A DNA stretch of 64,000 bases from Octopus vulgaris (lineage: Eukaryota). The stretch is from NCBI GenBank assembly GCA_951406725.2, contig OX597835.1:35092001-35156000 (forward strand), given 5' to 3'. Shown here piece by piece: positions 1 through 13,600 of this stretch (the stretch's first letter is position 1; each line of letters starts with the position of its first letter). A program made the position numbers and the translations under genes. The notes beneath the pieces were generated by a model. It was not told where the DNA came from, ran no database searches, and saw only the letters and a program-made list of their open reading frames with translations.

Positions 1-165
1 CAGATTCTGTGGCGTATGTATATCCTCCAACCAAACCCTAAATGAACGGTACGGTGGTCTGTCGAAGGATTACTCACTTTTGCCAGCCGAGTGGAATGTA
101 TCAACGTGAAATGAAGTGTTTTGCTCAAGAACACAACACGTCACGTGGTCCAGGAATCGAAACCC
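1..165 (-). mobile_element. tRNA-head SINE, family D type, fragment
   Basis: Contains caacgtgaaatgaagtgttttgctcaagaacacaac...ggtccaggaatcgaaacc, matching the copy at 44708-44937. Confidence 0.7.
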
Positions 166-283
166 TATACATACATACATACATACATATATACACATAG
201 CTACATATACACACACGCACGCGCACCTTCGTTTTGGGATCACGACTACTTTATTATCTCTCCTTCTTCCTAGCTCTCATGTA

Positions 284-480
284 TGACCCCTCTGTCCGGC
301 ATTCGCCATGATAGATTGCTAGCCACTACACATTCTTTATTTTCTCTCCTTGTTTCTTTTTGTGTTCCTTTCTGTGGAAAAACGTAGGCTCGAAACGTTA
401 AAGACTTTTTCACTTTCCGAGCGTTAAACTAATACATCTGTTTGTTGCCTACACCACCTGTCTTCGTCTTGTGAATTCTC

Positions 481-483
<3 letters not shown>
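284..483 (+). mobile_element. Short PLE-like unit with minimal hammerhead motif (368-403), ending at (TA)n
   Basis: cttt CTGTGGA aaaacgtaggctc GAAA CG TT aaag; homologous to 15788-15920, 23567-23745, 49786-49965 and 52976-53100. Confidence 0.65.
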
Positions 484-540
<57 letters not shown>

Positions 541-606
541 CTATATATATATATATATATAACACTATATATAACCTTCCTAGCCATCTGTCTAACTATC
601 GATCTA

Positions 607-679
<73 letters not shown>

Positions 680-1130
680 GTCTAGACTAGAGTGCTTGTA
701 AGGTACTTGGCTGGAATTCATATCCCTCTCCATTTATACAAGATAGATAGATAGATAGATGCATTTAGCAATCCGTTTATCGTCTATCTGTGTATATAAC
801 CAATTTCAATCAAAACCTATCTGTGCGTGTGTGAGTGTGTGTATGCGTGTGTACGTGTGTGTGTGTGTATGTGTGTGTATGTGTGTGTATGTGTGCGTGC
901 GTGTGGGCGTGTGTGCGTACATGCGTGTGTGCGTGTGTGTGTGTCTGTGTGTATATACATGCAGTTGGTATATGCATTGCATTGTATCTCTAATCAGAAG
1001 AATTTCGATTTCATGTCTATACAATCAATCTCATTATGCTGCCTACCAAATTCTAACTAATTGTTAATAATTACTCTCTATTAAATTGAAATCTCCCCAC
1101 TGACAACCATTGAAATATGTGCGTGCGCAG

Positions 1131-1188
<58 letters not shown>

Positions 1189-1432
1189 ATATATATGTAT
1201 ACATATATACATATGTGTGTGTGTGTACACACACATACACAAATATGCATATACCTATTTATATATATATATATATATATATACACATTTGCATATATGC
1301 ATGTGTGTATAGGCTTGCATATATATGTGTGTGTAGGTGTATACATTCACATATGTACACGCGTATAAACGCCTGTATCATACCAGGTACATATAAATAT
1401 ATGATTTATCATATGTGTGTGTTGAGAGAGAG

Positions 1433-1467
<35 letters not shown>

Positions 1468-1717
1468 CTACGTACATACATGCGTACATGCATATATACA
1501 TACAAATATACATACATACATAATAAATATATACATACACACAAGCACGCACACAGGCACACACATATACATACATGCATGCATGCATACATACATACAT
1601 ACATACATACATACATAAATACATACACACATACATACATACATACATACATAAATACATACACATACATACATACATACATACATACATACATACATAC
1701 ATAAATACATACACACA

Positions 1718-1749
<32 letters not shown>

Positions 1750-1835
1750 CACATACATACATACATACATACATACATACATACATACATACATACATAC
1801 ATACATACACACATGCATACATACATACATACATA
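484..1835. repeat. Compound microsatellites (TA)n, (TCTA)n, (TG)n, (GA)n, (CATA)n
   Basis: Directly visible; they generate the [12 protein letters not shown] ORFs in the track. Confidence 0.95.
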
Positions 1836-2266
1836 TCGTGGCACAGAATCGACACACTTTTGTTCCGAATTCACAAATAACAGAAGAAATGAATTCTGAA
1901 TTCTCTGAAACAAATAAATTAATGGAACAATTTATAGATTTACCCAAATTAATTTCCAAGAGAATTAATATACAATTAAAACATCAGAAGAAGACGACGA
2001 CGAAGAAAGAAGGCGAGAAAGCAGACGATGGCGACAACGACGCCGAAGCGAGCAAAACAGCTAAGTATTGCTTTTGTTTGTAAATTATATAGTCGTACTG
2101 TAAAATATTTGATCGTAGTGAAAGGATAACTGACTTTAACAAAAGCTTTGTCATACAAATTATTCTACACTTACCAAGCTATTATCTGAGGTGAAAAACA
2201 ATGTCGGAAGTGTACCACGTGACCTTTTTTATGCCGCAAGCGACTTGTATTTGTTTATCTATTTAC

Positions 2267-2343
<77 letters not shown>

Positions 2344-2735
2344 CATATATATATATATATGTATATATTTGTTTGTCGAATAAACTTTTGAGTGATTCGT
2401 ATACAGGGTCGGTTGCATTGTTGGCTGGTTGAGTGGTTGTAAATGTTCGTGATCGTAGAAGTGGGTGGGAGTGGTGTGGAGTGGTGTGGAGTGGAGTGCT
2501 GGTAGTGATCGTAGTAGTGGGTGGTGGTGGTGGTGGTGGTGGTGGGGGAAGTGGAGGTGTTGATGCGCGGTGTAATGTTTATAGGGAGATGTAGGGACCA
2601 GAGATATGTGTATGGTTACAATGCGGTTGTATGGTTTTGTGCTGGGGTTTTGTCGGTAATCTAAAACGCTCTGTTCACCTGTAAAGATCAACGATTCGTG
2701 TACAGCTGCATGTAGAAAGTATAGATACAGATATA

Positions 2736-2777
<42 letters not shown>

Positions 2778-2836
2778 ATATATAACACAGACACACAAAC
2801 ATATACACACACATACATGTATATATATAAATATAT

Positions 2837-2999
2837 ACGACGGGCTTCTTTCAGTTTCGTCTACCAAATCCACTCACAAGGCTTTGGTCGACCCGAGGCT
2901 ATAGTAGAAGACACTTGCCCAAGGTGCCACGCAGTGGGAATGAACCCGCAACAACGTGGTTCGTAAGCAAGCTACTTACCACACAGCCACTCCTACGCC
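2837..2999 (-). mobile_element. SINE family A, 5' half
   Basis: Minus strand reads ggcgtaggagtggctgtgtggtaag...gggttcattcccactgcgtggcaccttgggcaagtgtc, with Pol III A/B box-like motifs. Confidence 0.85.
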
Positions 3000-3482
3000 T
3001 TTTTAATGAAATTAAATGTCGTTGCAGTGGTTGCTTTCGCTGTTAACATCGCCGCTGTTCTTGTAGTTGCAATCGGGATATTGGCAGTTGTGGTTGAAAA
3101 AGGCGTTCCCCTCTCTTGTTTGTCACTGTGAACCAGAAGGCCTGAGTTTGTATCGCTTTGCCGCCACGAATGTAATACTTCGGTTTTCTCTCTTCCTCTA
3201 TCATTCACAAATCTTCGTAATCTTCGAAAACAAATTATGACCGGGGTATATCTGACTTGTCTTCGGGTACGATCAACACCTAGAATCTCAAACATACCCA
3301 TGTTTTGCTTCGTTGAGCCGGGGTATTAATTTAAGCACCACATCTCATGCTGGTCGTTAGTCTGTTGGGTGATTGCAGCATTTGGGTCGGCGCCTCCAGA
3401 CAACTAAGTTTTGGTGATCAGGCCTCTCCAGTCGCTTGACCACCCTCACTTTTTATCAACTTGTACAACACTTCAATCCCCA

Positions 3483-3893
3483 GAGTCTCTCTCTCTTTCC
3501 CTTCCACCTTCTCTCCCTTCCCCTCTCCCTGTCTCTATCTCTGTCTGTCTCTGTCTTTGTCGTTCTCTCTCTGTCTCTGTCTGTCTGTCTGTACGTCCGT
3601 CCGTCTGTCTCTGTGTCTCTCTCTCCTTCTCCATCTGTCTCTCTCTCTTTCCCCATCTGTCTGTCTGTCTCTCTCCCACTCTGACTCTCTCTCTCCCTCT
3701 GCCACTCTGACTCTCTCTCTCTTCGTCACTGTCTGTATCTGTCTCTGTCACTGTCACTCTCCGTCTCTCCTTTGTCTCTGTCTGTCTGTCTGTCTGTCTC
3801 TCCCTCCCTGTCTGTCTCTCTCCCTCCGTCTGTCTCTCTCCCTCCGTCTCTCCCTCTCTGTGTATCTGTCTATCTGTCTGTCTATCTCTCTCA
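3483..3893. repeat. (CT)n/(CTGT)n pyrimidine-rich tract
   Basis: Directly visible. Confidence 0.95.
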
Positions 3894-4332
3894 GACAAAA
3901 TGCCTCCCCATCTTTGTTTCATGTCCTTCTTCTGCTGGCAGATTCATAAAGCCGGGGCGAGCTTTAACGCACGTGTACTTAGTACTTTCGTTTGTGTAAA
4001 TCTTGCCCCTCCAGGTATGGCCTTCTCCACAGGCTTGTAACTGACGTAAACGGAAACGCTGTGGTATTTTTTACACCAACAACATTGTAACCGTTGATGC
4101 TGTTTCTGTCGTTGGCGTGGAGAGAGTTGGTCTTCTTATTTGTGTTGTTGTCGTTCATGTTGTAGTTGTTGCACTTTGTTGTTGTTGTTGTTGTTGTTGG
4201 TGGTGGTGGTCCTACTGTTGTTGTTGTTCTTACTGGTAGTATTGTTATTGTTGTTGTTGTTTTCGTTTTTACATCAGCGGTGGGACTGAAAAGGGATCAA
4301 CTAGCACATAATGATGATGATGATGATAATAG

Positions 4333-4530
4333 GCTCATATCCTGCGCAAAATACTTTCTATGTAATCTCAAGTTTTAAAACAACCATAGTTTTCGTATGG
4401 TATTTTTAGACATTCACTAGTACAACACTAAGTACAAAACCAAATATATGGCGCACTAGGCATAACACCAACATGAACTTCCAACTTGTTGTCTCTTGAG
4501 GTCTCTGTAAAGCAAAAGTCAAACATAGAA
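4333..4530 (+). mobile_element. 3' end of RLE-type non-LTR retrotransposon (R4/Dong-like)
   Basis: 4333-4365 translates AHILRKILSM*, resembling the GTAHILRK C-terminus of R4/Dong ORFs; a short 3' UTR then runs into (TAA)n/(TAC)n. Confidence 0.6.
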
Positions 4531-4545
4531 TAATAATAATAATAG

Positions 4546-4612
<67 letters not shown>

Positions 4613-4613
4613 G

Positions 4614-4659
<46 letters not shown>

Positions 4660-4674
4660 TAATAATAATAATAA

Positions 4675-5228
4675 AATGCCCTGATGCAGTTTAATGCTCT
4701 GATGCAGCGATGCCCTGATGCTGTACCGGGCAGTGGCTCTCGTGGCTTCTGATCTTAACTGATTGGAAGTGTTATCATGTATATTGGTTTGTCTTGGTAT
4801 AAAAGATGGGCTACAGTAAATATTCTGCTCAATACCACAGATTTGCTTGTCAGTTGTTTGACCTTAACCAGTTGACCATGTCCCTTAGTGGTTGACGATA
4901 TGTGCATCTCTGACCACGAGCAGAAGTAGTGGGGGAGCATCATAGCCATGTGTTGAGAGGAATTCTTTGGGGTTTGGATAATTCACCTTCGGAAACATGG
5001 GTGGTTCGTTCAACATCCTTAAACAATCCTTATTCAGGGATGGGCTACTCGACCAGAAGAAAATTCTAACTGGGCCCCACCTGCAAAGTCACGTGCAGTT
5101 TATCTTGATGAGATCACCATGTCGCACACATATGGTTGTGATGCATGTGCCTAGCGTACCCTCATCAGACGGTATCATGATTGGTATACAGGGTTTTGGA
5201 TATTTTACCCCGTGTCATTTTGATGACA
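4675..5228 (+). mobile_element. Probable non-LTR retroelement 3' region embedded in (TAA)n
   Basis: About 550 bp of complex sequence flanked on both sides by (TAA)n, ending ctctctcactc-aataatgataat; no coding motif recognised. Confidence 0.45.
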
Positions 5229-5253
5229 TGAGCTGCTCTCTCACTCAATAATG

Positions 5254-5314
<61 letters not shown>

Positions 5315-5563
5315 TAAGGATGATTATACGCAATAAGAATGATGTTCCACAACAATATCAGAATTGTTTCTTTATAAGAGAAATGAAAAGATTAATCAGT
5401 TTGTGTCTTTATGCGCGTGGATACATACATACCCACATACATACATACATACATACCCACATACATACATACATACATACATACATACATACATGCGTAC
5501 ATATATGCATACATAAATACATGCATAAATACATACATGCGTGCACATACATATATGTATGTT

Positions 5564-5751
<188 letters not shown>

Positions 5752-6010
5752 CATACATATACACATACATATATACATACACACTTGTATATACATACAT
5801 GCATGCAAATTTGTATACATGTGTGCTTGTTTGTGACAGTAGAGCACCGGTTTATGCACACACACACACACACACATAATCACACACACGTACACACACA
5901 CAGAAATATATATACATACACACCCATATACATACATATAAATATATATATATATACGTATATATGTGTGTATACGTGTGTGTTTGTGGCGATGTAACAT
6001 GTGTCCAATG

Positions 6011-6113
<103 letters not shown>

Positions 6114-6294
6114 GTGTGTGTATGCGTGTGTCTGTGACTGCATATTGTGTGTGCGTGTGTGTAGTATTATGTGTATGTAAGTGTATGCCTGTACAATCGT
6201 GTGTACGAGCGTGGTATATGTATTGTGTGTGCGCGTGTGTACGTCTGTATATGTGAGCGCGTGCTTCTGTGTGTGTGTAGTGTGTGGGCATGCA

Positions 6295-6325
<31 letters not shown>

Positions 6326-6721
6326 TGTATGTTTTCTGGATTCTCGCTTTGCTATATTTAAAGTGTTCTATTTCAGCACCTCGCTGAATCAAAATAGACA
6401 ACCATCCTGGGAGATCTTTGTTGTTTGGTTGTGATCATCGGAGATGAGAAGGATGAGTGAAAGATGAACGGTGCAGTGTGTGGGGGAGGAGTGGAAGAGT
6501 TTTGCGGTTGAAGAAAAAGAAAGACGGAGAGAGAGAGAGAGAGAGGGAGAGAGAGATAGAAATGTTACATAAATGTATGTATGACGAGAAGGAAGTACAG
6601 AAATGGCAATGACACGTGGGTGTATTTGTTTATATGTAACTATACATGAACATATACACACACACGTACACATATATGTATTTATGTATGATTCTATGCA
6701 TGTATATTACAAAATATTTTA

Positions 6722-6955
6722 TTTATTTCTTTATTATCCACAGGGGACTAAACATAGAGGAGACAAACAAGGACAGGCAAACGGAATAAGTCGATTATAT
6801 CGACCCCAGTGTGTAACTGGTACTTAATTTATCGACCCCGAAAGGATGAAAGGCAAAGTCGACCTTGGCGGAATTTGAACTCAGAACGTAACGGCAGACG
6901 AAATACGGCTACGCATTCTGCCCGGCGTGCTAACGATTCTTCCAGCTTGCCACCC
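6722..6955 (-). mobile_element. SINE family B
   Basis: Minus strand: ...ttctgagttcaaattccgccaaggtcgactttgcctttcatcctttcggggtcgataaattaagtaccag...; many copies in the window. Confidence 0.85.
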
Positions 6956-7004
6956 TACTGTAAAATAAATTATTATTATGAAAATGATCTACGAATGTGC
7001 AAAA

Positions 7005-7320
7005 CTGTGGTTAGAGCGTAGGAGTCACAATCATGCGGTAGTGAGTTCGATTCCCGGACTGGGCTGCTTTCTGTGTTCTTGAGCAAGACACTTTATTTCA
7101 TGTTGCTCCAGTTCACTCAGCTGTAGAAATGAGTTGCGACGTCACTGGTGCCAAGCTGTATCGGGCTTTGCCTTTCCCTGGATTACATCGGTAGTGTGGA
7201 GAGGGAGGCTGATATGCATGGGTGACTGCTGGTCTTTTATAAACAACCTTGGACTTGTGCCTCGGAGGATAACTTTTTAGGTGCAATCCTATTGTCATTC
7301 ATGAACGAAGGGGGTTTTAA
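7005..7320 (+). mobile_element. SINE family D
   Basis: gtggttagagcg...gagttcgattcccgg head, body ttgagcaagacactttatttca...gtgcaatcc...gaaggggg; matches 40268-40598 and 50106-50437. Confidence 0.85.
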
Positions 7321-7619
7321 CCTACAGGCACACACACATGCGCGCACACACACATATAGATATATTACAAAGCCTCACTGTGTTTTAAATAAAAATGTAA
7401 ACGCATTGTTTGTATACTTTTGATATGCGGAAAGAAGCTTGTTGTATGCCCCTCAGTGAAAATGTACCTGATTTATCTCCCTAATTAGTACAGATATTTC
7501 TACATATTTTAGTCCTTGTAACCTACACTGCCTTTCACTCTCTCTCTCACACACACACACACACATATATATGTCTGTATGTGTTTGAGTGTGTGGAGGG
7601 TGTATACATTACATATATA

Positions 7620-7773
7620 GGCGGTGGTGGCGTAAGAACGTTGCTTCCCGACCACGTGATTCTAGGCTCAGTCCCACTGCGCGGCACATTGGGGAGCTGC
7701 CTTCTACTCAAGTCTTCGGGCGACCAATGCCTTGTGAGTGTTTTTGGTTGACGGAAACTGCAAGAAGCGCGTC

Positions 7774-7853
<80 letters not shown>

Positions 7854-8222
7854 ATAGCGCAGGAGTGGCTGTGTGGTAAGTAGCTAGCTAACCAACCACA
7901 CGGTTGCGGGTTCAGTCCCACTGCGTGGCATCTTGGGCAAGTGTCTTCTGCTATAGCCCCGGGCCGACCAATGCCTTGTGAGTGGATTTGGTAGACGGAA
8001 ACTGAAAGAAGCCTGTCGTATATATGTATATATATGTATATGTGTGTGTGTTTGTGTGTCTGTGTTTGTCCCCCTAGCATTGCTTGACAACCGATGCTGG
8101 TGTGTTTACGTCCCCGTCACTTAGCGGTTCGGCAAAAAGAGACCGATAGAATAAGTACTAAAAGGTGGTGCTCCAGCATGGCCGCAGTCAAATGACTGAA
8201 ACAAGTAAAAGAGTAAAAGAGA
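7620..8222 (+). mobile_element. Two SINE family A copies (partial 7620-7775; near full 7857-8222)
   Basis: Head, internal (TA)/(TG) tract, and tail ...gactgaaacaagtaaaagagtaaaagag. Confidence 0.85.
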
Positions 8223-8257
8223 GTATATGTATGTATATATGTATATATATGTATGTA

Positions 8258-8399
<142 letters not shown>

Positions 8400-8908
8400 T
8401 ATATATAGATATCTGTGTGTGTGTGTGTGAATCTTCTTCTTCTCCTCCCCTGCCTCCTCCTCTTTCCCTCCACCTTCTTCTTCATTTACTGCTTCTTCTT
8501 GTTTGTATTGGAGTGTCAATACAGGTATCACTGTTTTTTGATGAGGAGGTTATTGTTGTTGTTGTTGTTGTTATGTGAAATTGAATTTAACGGAGTTCCA
8601 CTCGGATTAACTTACTTGTCAGAATCCTCTTCCATTTCAAACGAAATTCCGGGAAATACGAGTTACCAGTGTAGTAGTAGTAGTCATAGTAGTAGCACTA
8701 GAAGCTGACGTTGCTGTTGTTGTTGTTGTTGCTCTCCTCTTACCCCTTCTCGTCCTCCACCTCCTCCTCCTCCTTCTATGTATATATTTGAATTTAAATC
8801 GATGCCTGTGGAAACTAAATTCCATCAAAACATTGAAAACCTCGTGTCGTGTCGTTTCGAGATCATTAAAGAAAAAATTATGACAGCATCACCACCACCA
8901 CCACCACC

Positions 8909-8953
<45 letters not shown>

Positions 8954-9114
8954 AACAACAACAGCAACAGTGGTGACAACGAAGTGGTAGGCTACAAATA
9001 GCAGGAAAAACAACAGAATGTATATTTATAAGAACAACAACAACAACAACGGCAGCAACAGCAGAAGCAGCAGCTGCAGCAACAACGACGACACCAACAA
9101 CAGCAGCAACAGTA

Positions 9115-9472
9115 GAGGCGCAATGGCCCAGTGGTTAGGGCAGCGGACTCGCGGTCGGAGGATCGCGGTTTCAATTCCCAGACCGGGCGTTGTGTGTGAT
9201 TTTTGAACTAAAACACCTAAAGCTCCACGAGGCTCCGACAGGGGGTGGTGGCGACCCCTGCTGTACTCTTTCGCCACAACTTTCTCTCACTCTCTTCCTT
9301 CCTGTTTCTTGTCCCCGACTTCCTACGCAACCGCTGAGCCTGGATGCGCATTCATCCATCCGTCGATGCTCTCGGTGTCGGAGGTTGACCTGCTTTCTCT
9401 TCTGCGGGTCTTACGAATAGCAAAGGACCACGTTTCGGACTTCTCCCACTACAGAGGCGCGATCTTGCGCTC
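9115..9472 (+). mobile_element. SINE family C with tail type 2
   Basis: gaggcgcaatggcccagtggttagggcagcggactcgcggtc...ggtttcaattccc tRNA-like head; sits in a (CAA/CAG)n tract. Confidence 0.8.
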
Positions 9473-9516
9473 AACAGTACCAGCAACAGCAACAGAAACA
9501 ACAGCAGCAACAGTGG

Positions 9517-9743
9517 TGGCGCAATGGCCCAGTGGTTAGGGCAGCAGTCTTGCGGTCGTAAGAACGCGGTTTCGATTCCCAGACCGGGCATTGTGAGTGT
9601 TTATTGTGCTCCGGCGGGAGGCGCTGGTAAACCCTGCTGTACTCTTTCACCACAACTTTCTCCCACTCTTTCTTCCTACTTCTGCCTCAAAGAAGAGGAA
9701 CCATGCTGTAACCCACTATGGTGTGGTAAAACTTTCAGACCCT
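9517..9743 (+). mobile_element. SINE family C with partial tail type 3
   Basis: Same head; tail matches 51223-51699. Confidence 0.8.
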
Positions 9744-9744
9744 A

Positions 9745-9808
9745 GTCAGTTTCGGGCCGACCAAAGCTTTGTGGATGGATTTGGTAGACGGAAACTGGAA
9801 GAAGCCCG

Positions 9809-9872
<64 letters not shown>

Positions 9873-10088
9873 GTGTGTGTGTCTATGTTTGTCCCCCTCT
9901 CCACTAACGCTTGACAACAAATGTCGGTGTGTTTACATCCCCGAAACTTTGCGGTTCGGCAAAAGAGACCGATAGGATAAGTACTAGGCTTAGAAAGAAT
10001 AAGTCCTGGGGTTGATTTGTTCGACTAAAGGCGGTGCTGCAACATGGCCGCAGTTAAATGACTGAAACAAGTAAAATAATAAAAGAAT
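9745..10088 (+). mobile_element. SINE family A, 5'-truncated
   Basis: cgggccgaccaaagc...gactgaaacaagtaaaa. Confidence 0.85.
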
Positions 10089-10280
10089 ACACACAAGGAT
10101 AAGAATATCCCGGGGTCCGTGGGAAAACTCACTTAAATAAAAGGGGTCCTAGGGGCCTTGGTAGTGAAAAATTTTGGACCCCCTGGTGTAGAGGAACTCC
10201 ATCAAAATTCATGTAAAATTACTTTTATTATAACATAAAAAACATCAATAATACGTATATACATATATATATATATATAT

Positions 10281-10498
10281 ATCACGTGATCACGTGACCG
10301 ACCAGACCATCAAATGTTGTTACACATCGCTGGTCACAATGCGTTCGCATTGTTTTAGCCTTCGAATGACGCCACCCCGCTGGCTAAGCGAGCAGGCCAA
10401 CAGAAGAAATAGTGGGAGAAAGAGTGGAGCAGGGATCACCACCACCCCCTGCCGGAGCCTCGTGGAGCTTTTTAGGTGTTTTCGCTCAATAAACACTC

Positions 10499-10503
<5 letters not shown>
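10281..10503 (-). mobile_element. SINE family C with tail type 1, 5'-truncated, in (TA)n
   Basis: Matches 22209-22509 and 40049-40267; terminal tcacgtgatcacgtga. Confidence 0.8.
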
Positions 10504-10583
<80 letters not shown>

Positions 10584-10589
10584 CACACG

Positions 10590-10725
10590 CACACACACAC
10601 ACACACAGCTACTTGTGTATATATATACTGTATATAATTTATACACAACACACCCACGTGTATATATATATACACGTGGGTGTGTTGTGTATAAATTATA
10701 TACAGTATATATATACACAAGTAGC

Positions 10726-10743
<18 letters not shown>
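10590..10743. repeat. Perfect 154-bp palindrome centred on (TA)6
   Basis: ...cagctacttgtgtatatatatactgtatataatttatacacaacacacccacgtg-(ta)6-cacgtgggtgtgttgtgtataaattatatacagtatatatatacacaagtagctg... Confidence 0.95.
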
Positions 10744-10815
<72 letters not shown>

Positions 10816-10838
10816 CATACATACATATATATATATAC

Positions 10839-11308
10839 ATATATTTAGTGTAGGAAGAAATGGAGCTGAACGAAGATTTAACAAAATTCCTTTTTATTAT
10901 TTTCTACATATGTTTCAAAGGCTGCAAAGTCCCTAATTCGGATTGAATAAGGAGTCCATTTTGCAGCTTTCTCTTCAGGAAAATCCAGGAACTTAATTCT
11001 CCAAGCTTTTCGACAAACGCTCACGAGGAGCCCATGGGATAAATGGCACAAAACTGTCTATCAATATGCGTTGACGCCAGGCTGGGTCATATGTAGAAAA
11101 TAATAAAAAGGAATTTTGTTAAATCTTCGTTCAGCTCCATTTCTTCCTACACTAAATATATAAAACTTCAAATTTCCGCACTAAGGCACGGGTTTTAGAC
11201 CCCATGGTCGTAACCTCAACCGTGATTTTTCTGTTGTGATTTTTGCTACCCAGGTATCGGTCATCATTTGAATAGTCCGTAATAAGATAATTCATTTATC
11301 TACTTCAA
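10839..11308. mobile_element. PLE-like element with perfect 74-bp inverted repeat (10839-10912 / 11088-11161), flanked by (TA)n
   Basis: Arms are exact reverse complements; an HHR overlaps the left arm and the spacer. Confidence 0.7.
10900..10983 (-). ncRNA. Type I hammerhead ribozyme
   Basis: ttttc CTGAAGA gaaagctgcaaa...tttgcagccttt GAAA CATATG TA gaaaa: 5-bp stem I, stem II pairing at 11 of 12 positions, palindromic stem III, GUA cleavage triplet, intact core. Confidence 0.8.
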
Positions 11309-11321
11309 TATATATATATAT

Positions 11322-11413
<92 letters not shown>

Positions 11414-11566
11414 GTACATACATATATATAAATTATATATAGTATATATACATAAGTACCTATACACACACATCTATTTATATATAAAATATATAAAGAT
11501 AAATTATATACAGCCTATATGCATAAGTACCTATGCACACACACACACACACATATATAACCTATA

Positions 11567-11602
<36 letters not shown>

Positions 11603-11619
11603 TACATATACATATACAT

Positions 11620-11716
<97 letters not shown>

Positions 11717-11751
11717 ATACAAACCTATACATATATGTAGGTACGGTAGAA

Positions 11752-11980
11752 ACGAGCTGGCAGAATTGTTAGCACACCGGGCGAAATGCTTAGCAGTATT
11801 TCGTCTGCCGTTACATTCTGAGTTCAAATTCCGCCAAGGTCGACTTTGCATTTCGTCCTTTTGGGATCGATAAATTAAGTACCAGTTACGCACTGGAGTC
11901 GATGTAATCGACTTAATACCTATGTCTATCCTTGTTTGTCCTCTCTATGTTTAGCCCCCTGTGGGTAATAAAGAAATTGG
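11752..11980 (+). mobile_element. SINE family B
   Basis: cgagctggcagaattgttagcac...gtgggtaataaagaaattggtat. Confidence 0.85.
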
Positions 11981-12003
11981 TATGTATGTGTGTGTGCATG
12001 CAC

Positions 12004-12037
<34 letters not shown>

Positions 12038-12688
12038 GTCTATCTGTCTGTCTGTCTGTCTGTCTGTCTGTGTATCTGTATGTATGTACAGATACATAGA
12101 TAGATAAATGGACATACATACACATATATATGTATATATATAAAACAACCGAATGAAATTGTATATATATATGCACATATGTCTATACTTTTTTTATCTT
12201 GTTTTTACTTGTTTCTTTCATTACACTGCGGCCATACTGGGGCACCGCTTTGAAGAACCTGTAGTCGAATGAATCGACCCCAGTGCTTTTCTTTTCAAGC
12301 TTGGTAGTATTCTATCGATCTCCTTTGCCAAACTGCGGAGTTACGAATAATATATATATTCCTGTATGTCCATATATGATATATATGTATATGCATACAC
12401 ACACATTCGTACACACACGCATACATGTATGTTTGCGCATGTGTCTGTGTGTGTGTTTGTGTGTGTATGTGTGTGTGTATGTGTGTATGTGTGTATGTGT
12501 GTGTGTGTTTGTGTATGTATGAGTGTGTATGTGTGTAAAATTTAATTTATATATGACATGGATCATGCAACAATAACGAAAACGTTTGACTATATAAAAG
12601 TGAGTATACTATTATAAGAGTGAAAAAAAGTGATAGAGAGGCAGAGAAATAATGAGAGAGAAAGAGAGGGGAGAAATAGAAGTGTTGG

Positions 12689-12724
<36 letters not shown>

Positions 12725-13039
12725 CACGAGGGGGCAGAGAGAAAAATGGAGAGAGAGAGAATGAGAGAAGAGGAGGAGAGAAAGAGACAGAGTAAGTCTT
12801 TGTAGATTCTGAATGTCAGCATCTGAGACTATTGTTGGCGATTGGATGGGACGGAGCATATTGGTCCAGATGGCGCCACTGCGGCAGCAGAAGGAGGGAG
12901 AGGCTTTGGGGGCACGTCTAGGGGTGGGACTTGTGTCTGCAGAAAGAACAGCTGGTCGGTCCTGCAGTAGACCTAATGGCGTTTTGGAAGGGGCTTGATT
13001 GTGGGGTTTTTGGACATTGTGGCGATGCTAATTGTAATG

Positions 13040-13600
13040 ATGATGCTGAGGAGGAGGATGATGATGATGTAGTGATGGTAGTGCCAGTGGTGTTGGTAGT
13101 TGTGGTGGTGGTGGTGGTGGGAATGATGGTATGGTTGTTGTGATAGTGGTGGTGATGATAATGATGGTTGCTGTGGTAGTGGTAGTTGTAATAGTAGTGG
13201 CAATGATGCTGGAGGTGGTGGTGGTTGTGGTAGTGGTGGTGTTGGTGATGATGTCGATGATGGTGCTTATGATGGTAATGGTGATGGTGGTGGGAATGTC
13301 GGCGGTGGTGGTGATGGTGGGTGGTGGTGGTAGTAGTGGTGGTGATGGTAGAGACAGTGGCGACGGCGGTTGTGATGGTGATGGTAGTGCTGGTTGTAGC
13401 GATGGTAATTCTGATGGTAGCGGTGATGTTGGTGAGGCTGGGGGTAGTGGTGATGGCGCTAGTAATTGTTAATGGTGGTGGTGGTGGTCACGGCCAGGTT
13501 AATGGTGATCGTGGTGGTGGCGATGGTGGAGGCGGCGACGGCGGTGGCAGTGGTGGTTGTAGCAGTGGTGGTAGAGATGGCTACGGCGGTGGTGATGATG
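13040..13600. repeat. Degenerate (GGT/GAT)n low-complexity tract
   Basis: Directly visible; stops in the three minus-strand frames I translated, and only short low-complexity ORFs on the plus strand. Confidence 0.85.

Noticed and set aside
9115-9190. tRNA-like sequences at SINE heads (also 40268, 51223, 54047)
   Set aside because: A/B boxes are present but they continue into multi-copy SINE bodies; not called as tRNA genes.
10090-10190. Possible hAT-type MITE end (aaaattttggaccccctg)
   Set aside because: No matching opposite terminus or 8-bp TSD found.
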